From Octopus sinensis (lineage: Eukaryota), in assembly GCF_006345805.1 (NCBI RefSeq), contig NC_043019.1, positions 7,377,360 through 7,441,359 on the forward strand: 64,000 nt of DNA, written 5' to 3'. The notes beneath the pieces were generated by a model, which saw only the letters and a program-made list of their open reading frames with translations, was not told the origin of the DNA and searched no databases. Positions 39,896 to 52,865 of this stretch are shown one piece after another. Position numbers and translations under genes: made by a program. The stretch's first letter is position 1. Every line of letters begins with the position of its first letter.

Positions 39896-40484
39896 AATGT
39901 ATTGCCTGCGAACACCAGGTTATTAGTATCGCTAGACCTTCACGAAATATTATACCCCCTACACACACACATACATCTGCACTTTAATTTTCCGAAAGCT
40001 CGGTTTGTCTATTGCCATTCTGTCATGTCAGATTCTACTAAAACTTTTCTATTGACAGATATTTCCACCTTTTAGCTATATTGGAGAGTGTTGCTTCAAT
40101 TCCAATGACAGTAGGTTAATTTTTATATTACCGTTAGTGTGACGACTAAAATTTCTCGTTACACTAAACATGAATAGCTTTAAGCTATTTCCTCTTCTGA
40201 GAAAATGGGGAATGATTATTGAAAACTAACAAATATTAAATGCCTGAAACATGTCTTCCAGTTCCATGTGTTGCTTAACAAGTCCTTTCGGATTACATGA
40301 AATATTAATTTGTGAGTGAAAACGGTATTACATTTGCGCACACAAATATTCTTCACATTTATATAATTTGGTGTTAATGTCAGTTAAACATGCATTTATT
40401 TCACATCGAATTAAAAAGGTTTCGTTTTTGGATTTGGCTTGCAAGATTCTCTATATGATTTAGTGTGCTGAAGCATATTTTGTG

Positions 40485-40718
40485 GTGTCTGGAGAGAGTC
40501 ATTTTCTTTTTGTGCCTTATAATGTTCACGTTCTTTTTTTTTATTGTCCTAAAATTTTCGTTGCGTCTTGCAAACTTTTCAATAGTCTTGAGAGTCAAGA
40601 CTATTGAAAAAGTTGCAAGAAGCAACGAAAATTTTAGCAAAATAAGAAGAACGTGGAAATTTTACCGGTGAGTGTGTTACACTATAAGGCACAAAAAAAA
40701 TATGACCTCCCCAGACAC
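40485..40718. repeat. Long fold-back hairpin (about 105-bp arms, 3-nt loop GAG at 40592-40594)
   Basis: TTTTCAATAGTCTTGA/TCAAGACTATTGAAAA at the centre, complementary out to GTGTCTGG/CCAGACAC. The mirror ORFs on the two strands (LKTIEKFARRNENF / VKTIEKVARSNENF) confirm it. Confidence 0.9.
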
Positions 40719-42120
40719 AATAAAAAGGTTTCTTTATGCGTCTTTGTAGTCACTTCGTGTAACAATTTATATTGATTTCATGTCTTTTGGTTATTTGTGT
40801 ACAGTTAGCAATCTCTTGTACTTGATTGTTTGAAATATTACTTATGTCAAAGAAGGTGATGGAATACCAGAATCTTTATTCATCGAGCAAAATACTTAAT
40901 GGCAGCTCGTCCGATTCCCACCAACATCAACTTCGCCCTTTATTCTTTATGAGTTCTCTAAAATAAGTCTCAGTTAAACTCTGGGAGTCGATATAATCTA
41001 CTTACCTACTACCAGGTCATCGCTGGCCCCGTATCAAAATTTTGATACCAAAAACATTTGAAACTCAAGGAAATTTGAAAGTAAGACAAAAGTGACTGTG
41101 GTGCTATTCAGATTCTCCGTGAGAAATGGGAGAGACGGACCATTTATATTGAGACTTCGGAATTTAAGAAACAAAAGACCAGGTGAGGCCGTTAAACCTG
41201 GGCATGGATTAAGTTTAGCACAACAGTGTTTACTAAATCTCATAAGAAATCTTTGGTTAACACGAAGCTGATGAGAGGAGACATTTGCTTTCACGTAGCA
41301 GAGTCGTGACTTTTAGTTGTACGTGGTAGTAACTTAATAGCTTCTCTCTATACAACCAGGTAAATGTGGAATATAAATTTACCATTCAAAGAAACCTAAC
41401 TAAATATAAGAATATGTTTTGTTCGGTTCGCTTCTTGATATTAAACGTTGAACTTCTGTACAGAACTCTCATTCTTTGGAGGGATTTTGTTACAGCCGAA
41501 ATTCTCTGAAAAGAAATACGAGAAAATTAATTTCAATATAACTTTAGTCTTACGGAAATACAACTGATAGATAATTACGTATAGTTTTCCTATTTTTCTT
41601 CCTATTTGCAGTATCAGGTTCATCATTTCTACTGACCTTCGGCAATGCAAGAAAATAGTGAAGTTGACAGCGATCTTAAATGTTTAGCATTTTACGAACA
41701 GCAAAGCAAATCGTTATTCTAACTGGTCAAAAAGAAACAACTTATTTAACATTCAGATGCGATTAATCAAATTGTGAAAACGCGAAACTCTGGAGATGTG
41801 GGGTCATATAAATATATTACTGTTAAAATTAACATTTCATTTAGAACCACGTATCTCTTCCACTCCGAGACAAATATATTTCTTTTGCATAAAATTCATA
41901 GCCATATTGTATAGTTAACGTCTCAAAACGTTCAATAAATAGTAATAACCTTATTTGCATGAGTCACAAACTACAGAGCCTCTGGCACTTTCAAAATAAA
42001 ATGTTAATTCACTCAGCTGTGCATCCAAGTATCAGGTTCTGCACATTATCAGCTGTCCAGATTTCAATAATGGACAATGCCTAATTCGACAAACACCATT
42101 CTGTTTTTTCATACTGGACC

Positions 42121-42253
42121 AATCCACTCACAAGGCTTTGGTCGGCCCGAGGCTATAGTAGAAGACACTTGCCCAAGGTGCCACGCAGTGGGACTGAACC
42201 CGGAACCATGTGGTTGTTGAGCAAGCTATTTACCACACAGTCACTCCTGCGCC
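42121..42253 (-). mobile_element. SINE family A 5' part
   Basis: Nearly intact head and 5' body. Confidence 0.88.
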
Positions 42254-42390
42254 TATATATATATATAGCAAATCAATATATATATATCAGCCCCTTAAGT
42301 TCAGTGCTTTGTGCATTTGAGTTATTTTAACTCTTCTTTTTGGCAAAAGGCGGAGCTAGTCAGTACCGTCACTTTTGCAACGTCTGTTAA

Positions 42391-42530
42391 TATATATATA
42401 TATATATGTATACACAGACAATAGTACATATGTATTATGCAACATTTATGTACAAATGATAATATATATATATATATGTATACACAGACAATAGTACATA
42501 TGTATTATGCAACATTTATGTACAAATGAT
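42391..42530. repeat. Near-perfect 70-bp tandem duplication
   Basis: TATATATGTATACACAGACAATAGTACATATGTATTATGCAACATTTATGTACAAATGAT occurs twice, 70 bp apart. Confidence 0.95.
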
Positions 42531-43574
42531 ATATATATATATATATATATATAAGTATATACAGATATTTGTGTGTGTCGTTATGTATGTGAAGGTATAC
42601 TAAATCATGTAAAAAGAGAGGTGGTCAAAGATAAGGATTAATGTTGATAGATAAACTGATAGAGAGGAGGAGGAAAGGCTGAGAGGACAATGGTGGGAGA
42701 AGAAAAAGTAGTAATAGTAGTTGTTGTTATTGTTGTTCGCAAGGAAGACATACAACAAATACGTCGGTGTTTCGTGTTGACCAGCAGCATCTCGTCTTAA
42801 CTCGCTCATTTCATTTTCACACGTTGCCGTCATGTTTCTATCACAATAACATCCCCGTGGAATTGTCCCTTTACCATTATAGTATAGAGTTAAGGTCTTA
42901 TAAAATTGAATCGGTCTCTTGTGTTTTACCATTTCACAAGCGCCGATAATGTTTCACTTTTTTGTTCTTTTATTTTCGGTTTTTGTTTCTTTACTCCTTT
43001 TGATGAACATTTTGGACAGAATTTTCTGTCAGTTTGATCAACTTCTTCGTGTATATTTAATTCCGTTCTCCTGTATCATTTTTAATCTTTCTGTGTCTCT
43101 CTCCCCACCTCTTTCTCTCTCTCTCTCTCTCTCACTCGTCAGTCTTCCATTGTAGAAGGTTTTGTGTTCATTGTTGGTTTGCTTCCTCGTCGCTGTTGGA
43201 GTTTTTTCTTGGTTTATTGTCATAATTCTCTGGTTTCTTGGTGGTGACCGGTCATGCTGTTGAGAAGAGGCAGAAAAAGCGAAGAAGGACATGAGTGACA
43301 ATAGAAAAACAAACAAAAAAAATCAAATGATAATATACTTACACATCATAGACATATGAGATATATGTATGCAGACACAAACATATATATACACACACAC
43401 ACGCACACAGGCGTATGTGTGTGTTTCTACATACATATGGAAAGACACAAGCTCAAGTAATCAAAACCAATCACAAACATACATACACGCTCACAGAAAT
43501 CAACATACGATTTAAAGAATGTGTAAAATCTTCCCTGAAACCTTGTACAATATAAAAATGGGCTGTCAGTTCCT

Positions 43575-43950
43575 TTCTACTCTTTCGGGGAGGGGACCAG
43601 TCAATTAGATCAACCCCAGTACGTAAGTGGTACTTAATTTATCGACCCCGAAAGGATGACAAGCAAATCGACCTCGGTGGAATTTGTACTCAGAATGTAA
43701 AGCAGACGAAATACCTATTTCGTTACTACCCACGAGGGGTTAAACACAGAGAGGACAAACAAGGACAGACATACGGATTAAGTCGATTATATTGACTCCA
43801 GTGCGTAACTGGTACTTATTTAATCGACCCCGAAAGGATGAAAGTCTAAGTCGACCTGCGCGAAATTTGAACTCAGAATGTAGCGGCAGACGAAATAGCA
43901 CTAAGCATTTCTCCCGGCGTGCTAACGATTGCGCCAGCTCGCCGCCTTAA
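43575..43950 (-). mobile_element. SINE family C dimer
   Basis: Junction GAAATACCTATTTCGTTACTACCCACGAGGGG at 43708-43739. Confidence 0.87.
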
Positions 43951-45931
43951 TATGGGCGCTCAGTTGAGAAAGCAATGATTATCAACGCTAAAAGTGGAAG
44001 AAACAAGTAAAAGGAAAGGAGGATATTTTCGAGACAAAACATTTTTCATGCAGAATTTAAACGATAGGGCGGTTTTTAAGGTGATATATATATATATGCA
44101 TAATTGTATATCTACACACACCTTTGCATGCGTACGTACATATTTCTATATACGTTCGTGTGTGTAGTAGTAGTAGTAAGAAAAAGAAGCAAATTCAGAA
44201 GAGGAGGAGGTAAAGGAGGCGGTAAAGAATAGAGACCCTGGAATCTGATCAAAATATTTGAATGAACTGTAAAAAGGAGGATCTCGAAAGAGCCCTTTAG
44301 TAGTGTGATAAGATAATAAATTTTCTTTAATAAATCCCCTCCCTCCCTTATGTCAATTATATTATAACTAATACAATTTAGACATGGCTAAAAAAAGCAG
44401 TTAATTGTCCTTCAGATTATCGGCACACACCTACAGTCATCTAATATGCCAGACGGCGGTGTTAGTCTGGGCGACTGTTTAAGTCTGTAACCAAAACGCC
44501 AAATAAATCTAAATGCAGGACTTTAGCTTACACCAAAATTCCATTAAAACCCTTATTTCAAACTGAAGTTATGATAGAATAAGACATTTTATACAAGATA
44601 TCCCAATGCGGGCTCGAACTTCAAACTTCAGGATTGCAAAGCGATGTTATGACTACCTTTTTGTTAGCCTAACACTCTGAAAAAAAATCTCATGTGAATA
44701 AAATAGCAGGTAGGAAAAAGTTGCTTAAAATGAAACTCAGATGCGTCCATTGTTGCGGCTGCTACCACAGCTTAAAATGCGTATAATAATGGTTATGCAT
44801 TATTCCTGCTGTATCAATCGCAAATGGGCTAATGGACGCGTTACTTAATGTATTGTTTAAATAAATATCCACACCAGCAGACTTTCGCATAACTCTATAG
44901 TTATCCAGGATCACAGTACCAATTATTAGTACACTATTATCATTTTTATAACATAAAAAAAAAGGTTCAGTATTAGTCCATCCAATCTGGTTGCCTGCTA
45001 ATGTTCTATTTTTAAAGCCAGATATATACCTGTAAGCGTTCTACATTATATTTTCTTTAAGATATTGAAATTATGTAGCCTGGCGTATATAAAGCAGATT
45101 TTTACATTCCGAATGTAAGTGTGTTTTTGAAAGCTAATGACGTACGCCTTGATGGGGTATGTTCCTTTGTTGCAGAAAATAAACCACGTAGGCTATATCT
45201 GTCAATGGTATTATGGAAATTATAGCTACTCCCCAATGATGCCAATGCTATAATGGTCTGTTCTGATATGGAAAATCCTTTTCGTTTATACTGGATGTAT
45301 TCATGCAAGGGAGAGTCACGCATTTTTTTGTTAATGGATACGCAACCCATTCACTTTCCGATCGTAATTGGCATGTAAAAGCAAGCAATGCGTACCTTTA
45401 TAATTGTTCATATGATAGTGAAATGTGTCAGTTATATGTCAAATTTTGCTGGTGTTCCAGTATTAGGTTTTAGCTGGTCGTAATCTAATCCAATTCCTGC
45501 AAGAACTTTGTTGCTGCAGTGAAAACATATTATTTATTACCTATCTCCTCTCTTCGCCTCGCAGTTAACATGATCACGTAGTTTTCTTTATTGTGAATTC
45601 TGAGATACATTAATAGCAGCTTTATAAAATGTTCTCTGAGATGCAATTGTTCCCTGCTGGCATCTCAGCACAAAAATACCCATAGAATAAAGAATTATTC
45701 GACTTCGTATATTATGCTAGTTCCATAATGTTCAAAATTGTCTGTCGACATTTTACTCTGCTGCACTTTATCCCTAATAACTTGTCTTTCGCCCAACCCA
45801 AAATGCATTATACAAGTGTTTCAGTATTATGGGGAGTGCCAAACATGCATAGAGTCAGAGAGCAATATACAAACACATATACACACACATATATCCGTAC
45901 ATACATGTGTATGCTTGTGTGCAATTATGTA

Positions 45932-46110
45932 TGGTTAGCGGTATTTCATCTATCTTTACGTTTAGAGTTCAAATTCCGGCGTGGTCGACTTTACCTTTCA
46001 TCTTTTGCGGGTCGATAAATTAAGTACCAGTTACGTACTGGGGACGATCTAATCGACTAGGCACCTCCCCAAAACGTCCGGGCCTCGTGCCTAGAGTAGA
46101 AAAGAATATA
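45932..46110 (+). mobile_element. SINE family C (tail B), 5'-truncated
   Basis: GTTAGCGGTATTTC...GAGTTCAAATTCC...GTGCCTAGAGTAGAAAAGAATA. Confidence 0.82.
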
Positions 46111-47414
46111 TCTTATCTTTCAACTGAGAGGTGATTCTCGGTGAACAAGTTAGTTTCTAATACCAGCTTTTTGAAGAACTCGTTGTTTCCCAAAGTTGAG
46201 TCCCTTGAGAAAATTCTCTTAAATACCAGCGATTGTTGCTATTGAACGGATTATGCAACCACTGTTATATTGAATCAAAACAATTGCGATATTAATCTTG
46301 AGCATATTTCTATTATCTCTTAATTAATCACTGATAAGTAGCTAGTTAATTATTCCTTTGCGATTGAGCAAGTCTACTCCACTGAAATTTAATTAGATTT
46401 TCTCTTTAATATTCAGTCATCCTATTTATCATGGCTCAGGTGCTGGGGTCTGTTTATACATTAACTGTAGGCAGATGCCGAGGGAAACATTTACGAGGCA
46501 TAATATGTTTGTTTATTAAACAACACTATTGTTATGCCAGTAAAACTCGTTCGAGCTTCATGCTCGAGTTTATTCAAGAACTTTGAATGTTAATATTCTT
46601 TGGATGGTAAATATGTTAATCTCAGCCAAATGTTTTCATGTTATTAACCCATTCCTTGTCGTGAGTCCCATTTGGGGTCTGCTAGTTGTTTGTTGTACTT
46701 AAAGTGAATTGCTTATGGACATTCCAGTGATGTCTTTAACAATATTTAATAGTTAATGTTTGTCATTATTAGCTCTGGCTAATTCTAGGGGACATTTTAT
46801 GTCACAAAACGTAGTTTTTTAACTACCAAAATATTGACAGTTTTGAAAACGTTGTTTTTTTTTTTATTCCTTTTGCATTCTCGAACACTTTTCTTATGAT
46901 TATTTCAAAACAACTTCCTCTATTGAAGGTGGTCATTTTAATCTTATACCCTTTTCCTTTAACTATCTTTACCGTCACTCTTGACTTCACTTATTTGCCA
47001 AATGTTTTCCTTTCACATCCTATTTTCTTTCTGGTGACATTTTATTTCCTTGGCGTAATTTCTTTAAGGGTCTGCTCAGTTCCCATTTCAAACTCGTGGT
47101 GCTTTCTCTATCAGCTTTTTTCAGTAATGTATTTGTATTTCCGTTATCTCTTTAGCCAGCTATCTTTAGCTACACCTGCTACTGCACCTGCTTGTATATA
47201 TTATTAATCACCAAAGAGAAATAAGTGGCATATACACCCAACTGAACAGTGGAATGTCAAATGGATAAGTGAAAGGAAAAATCAATGGTGACGGGGGAAA
47301 GAGAAAATAAAAATAGAATGATTGCAAACGTGGTTAAAGTTTTCTTCGCTAAAAATTACGCTTCCACCCTTGTGTAGGATGTTATAGACAAGAGAAAAGC
47401 GGAACATAATACTT

Positions 47415-47835
47415 TTGCTCTCTTGTTTCAGTCATTTGACTGCGGCCATTCTGGAGCACCGCCTTTGGTCGAGGAAATCGAGCCCAGGACTTATTCTTTG
47501 TAAGCCTAGTACTTATTCTATCGGTCCCTTTTGCCGAACCGCTAAGTTACGGGGACGCAAATACACCAGCACCGGTTGTCATGCGATGTTGGGGGGACAA
47601 ACACAGACACACACATACATACGACGGGCTTTCAGTTTCCATGAAGTAAATCCACTCACAATGCTTTGGTCGGCCCGGCGCTATAGTAGAAGACACTTGC
47701 CCAAGGTGCCACGCGATGGGATTGAACCTGGAAGCATGTGGTTGGTAAACAAGCTACTTACCACACAGCCACTCCTAGTGGGACTGAACCCGGAACCATG
47801 TGGTTGGTAAACAAGCTACTTACCACACAGCCACT
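47415..47835 (-). mobile_element. SINE family A with tandemly duplicated tRNA-like head
   Basis: GGA[T/C]TGAACC..GGAA.CATGTGGTTGGTAAACAAGCTACTTACCACACAGCCACT occurs twice (about 47719-47774 and 47779-47835). Confidence 0.88.
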
Positions 47836-48277
47836 GCTGTGCGAAGAAACACATAAATGTTTAAACAGGAAATTAATTATGGTGATATAGTCCTTTTATG
47901 GTGGAAGCTTAGAAATCAGCAGCTGAAGTGAGAACGTACGAAGTATTTTAGTGAGAAATAGGGATAGAAGAGACCACTACGAACATGAGACGAGATTTCT
48001 GCAGATCTTTAACGAAAGTACACAAAGGAAATACAATGTTGTTAGAACACAAGAACAGTGGAACATAGTGGACGTGTGACAGAATAAATTTTTGGTAATA
48101 AGAAAAAAAAAGTAAAATAAGAAAGAATCAAATATATTTGAATAGAAATTTCATTATTTGTGCTTAGCTTTCCCTGCAACAAAACTTCATGTGGGACGCA
48201 AGAGAAACATCTTCATTTTGATTCTTTACAGAAGAAACCGCAGTCAAGTGTGGAATGGAGAAAACAAATATAAGACA

Positions 48278-48500
48278 TTAACCCTTTTGTTTTATTCCTG
48301 TAGAGATGCTCTGTGTTTCTTCATTTAATTTTAAATATAACAAAGAATTTAGTAACATAACTTAGTTATTTTGTTAGTTTTAGGAACTTAAACCGTGACT
48401 AAGGTTTGGAGGAAGATTTTAATTCAGAACTTTTGAAAATAAGACATTTGTACTACAGAGCCAGAGCCGGTTTCAGCCGAGTTTATATCAAAATGGTTAA
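48278..48500. mobile_element. piggyBac-like MITE
   Basis: TTAA-CCCTTTTG at 48278-48289 and CAAAATGG-TTAA at 48489-48500: inverted termini inside a TTAA duplication. Confidence 0.65.
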
Positions 48501-48649
48501 TGAAGAAAAGAGAAGACAAAACATAAAATATACATCTAAACGGAGTAGAATTCCTTTTTGTGACCCAAATCTTTTTGGGTAGATATCCAGCCTCAGTCGA
48601 ACAAACATATGGTTAAGTACATTCCGAACGTGACCATCCTATATATCCG

Positions 48650-49170
48650 TTTCGTCTGTCCTTAAGTTATGAGTTCAAATGTCAACGAGGTCGATTAAGA
48701 CTTTTCTTATTTCGAGGCAGATAAAATAGATAACACTTGAGCACTGGGGGTTAATGTAATACACTTACCCCTACCCCTAATATTGCTGGCCTTGTGCTAA
48801 AATTTGAAACCTTTATTTTTGTTCTTGTTGTCACTGTTAATGTTACTGTTACCACTGATGCTATTGCACTCGGTATTATTACTTGGTCCCAAGGCGGTGA
48901 CAGGGCAGACACGTGAGCACGCCGGGCGAAATGCTTAGCGATATTTCGTCTACCGTTACGTTCTGAGTTCAAATTCCGCCGTGGTCGACTTTGCCTTTCA
49001 TCATTTCGAGGTCGTTAATTTAAGTACCAGTTACGCACTGGGGTCGATATAATCGACTTAATCCGTTTGTCTGTCCTTGTTTGTCCCCTTGTAGGTAGTA
49101 AAGAAATAGGTATTTCGTCTGCCGTTACGTTCTGAGTTCAAATTCCGCCGAAGTCGACTTTGCCTTTCGA
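48650..49170 (+). mobile_element. SINE family C cluster: diverged monomer then dimer (second unit 3'-truncated)
   Basis: Dimer junction GTAGTAAAGAAATAGGTATTTCGTCTGCCG near 49095-49122. Confidence 0.85.
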
Positions 49171-50044
49171 TTTAAGTTTCGATTTTATTGATAAGACGGT
49201 AGGGTATGAGTTAGGGAGCGTTAAGACCAGCCAACTCATTCACACGTCTCACCTGTTGCCAGGTAGAATGTTGTGACAGCTGTGCGCAGTGTCTCTATTT
49301 TGAGACAGCGGCATGCCGTGTCTCCATTCTCATCACTTCGATGAATTTTCGCCGCCATGAATGTGGTACAATTATTTTCTAGATGTGATGGAGCAGCTAC
49401 AGATCGTTATGTCAGGAAGCTTGTATTAATCTTCAAGCAGTTTGTGTCTCCTACTATGTATTTTTCCTGCTATTATTTATAAAAGACCAGCACAGTTAAA
49501 ACTCAATGTGCAGTTGTAAAGTTTTGTGAATTGTTTTCGATTGTAGTCACTCGTTTCTTCACGCGGCTCGAGAAATAAATTTTTATTCAGCAACTCGACC
49601 AGTCATCACTTCAGACCAGCCAACAACAACAACAACAAACAACCACCACACCATCACAGCTTACCACTATTTATAGTAAATGAAATGACGGCAAAGAGGC
49701 GATAATAGTATTGTTGTTATTGTTGTTGTTGTCGATGCTGTGGCTGTTGGTGTTCGCATAGTTCTTTGGATCTGTCTTTGATTTACTGTTCCCAAGATTT
49801 ATAGAATCAAGCTGCGATTAGCAACAATTGACAATTCCTCTCCACACCTCCTCTTCTCCCATCCGCACACACTCACACACCATCGAGATATTTCGATTCT
49901 AGCAATGTCTTTGAGAAGACAAAAGTTGTTAAGATAGATGAGTTCTTTGAAAATATTTCTGCTTCCGTGGAGGAACGATTTTCTTCTCTCTTTCGTTTAA
50001 CTTCGTTCCTACTTGCCGCTTGCTGTCTGATATTTCAACAGCGG

Positions 50045-51070
50045 CGAAAACAGAGGAGACAGAGGTAGATATATAGATGGAAAGATTGTGAGAGAGAGAA
50101 AGAGAGAGTTGGGGGGGAGGATATGATGAAGAAAGAGACAGAAAAGAAAAATGAGTGATGCATTGAATAATAATAGAAAGAAAATATGAAAAGAGATGGT
50201 AAATATTGGATATAAAGTGTGAGGGAGACGAAAGAAGAAGAGAGTGATGAAGAAAGACGGAGATGGTGAGAAGGAAGGAAAGAATAACAGGGAAAAAGAA
50301 AGGAAATGATAGGAAGGAAAAGGAAGAAGATTGATACAGGACAGAAAGAGACAAGGGGTGTGGGAGAAGGAAAAAATAACGATAGCAAAATAGAAAACCA
50401 AATTGATAGAGGGAGAGAAAGAAAGACAGTTTCGTTCCTATCTCTCTGCTTCATTTCTATCTCTTTCAATCCATCTGTCCTTTTATATCTCTCTATAATT
50501 TCTCACTCTTTCTTTTTACTTTTCTTTCAATTTTCTCTTATTTACTTTTCACACCATTAATCATTTTCTTTTCCTTCTTCAGGTCTCTCTCTCTCTCTCT
50601 CTCAACCTCACTTTGTTTCTCTCTCTTTCTTCGCTCTCACTTACTTTTCTCTCTCTCTCCCCTTTTTGTCTGTTGAAACGCCAGACATTAAACAAGTGGA
50701 AGCGAAGTTAGAAAGATGGCAACGGATCACAAACGAGAGAATGGAAGGAAGCGAGAGAGAAGAGGAGCAAGAGTGACAGAGAAGAAACCAGAGAAAGCGA
50801 GAGGGAGCGAAAGAGAGAGAAAAACGAAAGAGAGACAGAGATAGAAAACAGTAGGAGAAACAGAGAGAGAAAGAAAGAAAAAGAGAGAAAAAGAAGAGAG
50901 AGAGAGAGAAAAGGAAGGAAAAAGAGAGAGAGAGAAAAAGAGAAAGAGAGAAGAATAAGAGAGAGAGATTGAGAAGTGGGGGTGGGTGGAATGACAGAGG
51001 TAAAAAGTTACAAGAAAGTGTGTTGATAGCAGAAATCGTTAGGAATGAAAAAAAAAATGAAAGACAAAGC
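50045..51070. repeat. Alternating purine-rich / pyrimidine-rich / purine-rich low-complexity tract (GA/CT)
   Basis: About 50045-50430 is A/G-rich, about 50435-50665 is C/T-rich, and about 50700-51070 is A/G-rich on the + strand. Confidence 0.9.
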
Positions 51071-51929
51071 AAGAACGAGTAGAATGTATTAATCTTCTCT
51101 CTCTGATTCCAAGTCAATTCTCTTGGACGTTATTCCACGTCATAACTTCCACCGCTGGACACTTAATACTAAAATCCGAAATTTATTCAAATCTTCTAGC
51201 TGGTTTGCTTTTCACGATAAATTCCATTGGGCTTTTTCAATTACTTCAATGTTAAACCCGTGAAGACAGAAGACAGTTATTTTATTATTATTATTATTAT
51301 CATTCTTGTTGCTATTGCTGCTGTTGTTGTCGTTGTCTTTGTCACTGTTTTCTGTTGTTGTTCCTGAAACTGTATGCATCAAACACAATATGTTATGATT
51401 TGCACCAGTTTGTCATTAATATCCAGTTACATTTATTTCTTCTGCAAGAAATATATTTTCCATTTATTCAATGCTTAAATATTGAATAGAATACATACAA
51501 TACATAAACACATATATATATACAAACTTGTGTGTGTATGTATATACTGGCACACGCATATATAAATGTATATTTATGTGTGTGTACGTATATATATATA
51601 TATATATATATATTCTCGATTCTTCCGTCTTTTCATCGGCCATATACATGTTTCCAATTAATGTTTCATTTGGTTCTGGTAAAAGTCAATACGTTTCTAT
51701 GGTAACACAAATGGTATGAGAAAGAGAGAGAGACATACACAGGGAGAGAGAGAGAAAGAGAGAAGTAGGTGTCGCAGTTTATCGACATTTTCTGTCTGGT
51801 ACATTGTATTGCTGCTCACTAAAATTACAGCAAAACATCCCCTTAAATCACACCTTACTGTTTGAAATAATTGTTCGAAACACGTACAGAAGACCTGGAA
51901 TCTTGCGGAAGGAGATTTAGGGACACCAT

Positions 51930-52830
51930 GGCCCCCAGTATTTAACTGGTATTATATCTTATCGACACCGAAAGGATGAAACCAAGGATGTATTCGGTGG
52001 GATTTCAACCCAGGATGCAAAAGCACGCAACAAATATCGCAAGGCATTTTTCCAACGGTGTAACATGTCTATCCACGACCCTCACCGTCTAAACAAAACC
52101 TATCTACTACAAGCACAAGACCTCAAATTTGAGAGAAGAGATTAAGTAGATTACAGCGACCCCAGTGCGTAACTGATACCTAATTTATCGACCCCAAAAG
52201 GATAAAAGGTAAAGTCGACCCCGACGGCATTTGAACTCAGAACACGAAGACAGACCAAATATCGCTAAGCATTTCGCACGGCGCGATAACGATTCTTTTC
52301 TACTTTATGCACAAGGTCCGAGATTTTTGGGTAGGAGCCAGTCGATTACATCAAACCCCAGTACACAACTGGTAATTAATTTATCGACCCCGAAAGAATG
52401 AAAGACAAAGTCGACCTCGGTGGAATTTGAACCCGGAACGAAGGAATATTCTTTTCTACACTAGGCACGAGGCCAGAAATTTTGGGGGTGGAGGTTCAAC
52501 AATTAGATCGACTCCAGTACGCAACCCGTACTTAATTCATCGATCCCGAAAGGACGAAATGCAATGTCGACCTCGGTGAAATTTGAACTCAGAATGAAGG
52601 GATATTCTTTCCTACTCTAGGCACAAGGCCTCAGATTTGAGGGAAGGGATTAAGTCGATTACATCGACTCCAGAGCGTACTTAATTTCTCTGGTACTTAA
52701 TTTCTCGACCCCCAAAGCATAAAAGGCAAAGTCGATTCCGGCATCATTTGAACTCAGAACCTGAAGATAGACGAAATACTGCTAAGCTCTTCAGCCAGCG
52801 TGTTTAATGTTTCTGCCATCTCTCCGCCCT
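51930..52830 (-). mobile_element. Head-to-tail array of at least 5 SINE family C units
   Basis: Repeating GTCGACC.CGG..AATTTGAAC.C.GAA at about 52215, 52410, 52567 and 52733, plus an older diverged unit near 51950-52000. Inner units lack the A-box. Confidence 0.85.
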
Positions 52831-52865
52831 CTCACCGTATAAAATAATGAAGGGAGGCATTGAGT

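Noticed and set aside
45102-45350. 82-aa ORF starting MGCVSINKK, protein-like composition
   Set aside because: No recognisable family or supporting exons; this length is expected by chance. BLASTP or Ribo-seq would be needed.
51930-52830. Regularly spaced repeats superficially like a CRISPR array
   Set aside because: The units are diverged SINE fragments with homologous 'spacers' in a eukaryotic context, and there are no cas genes.
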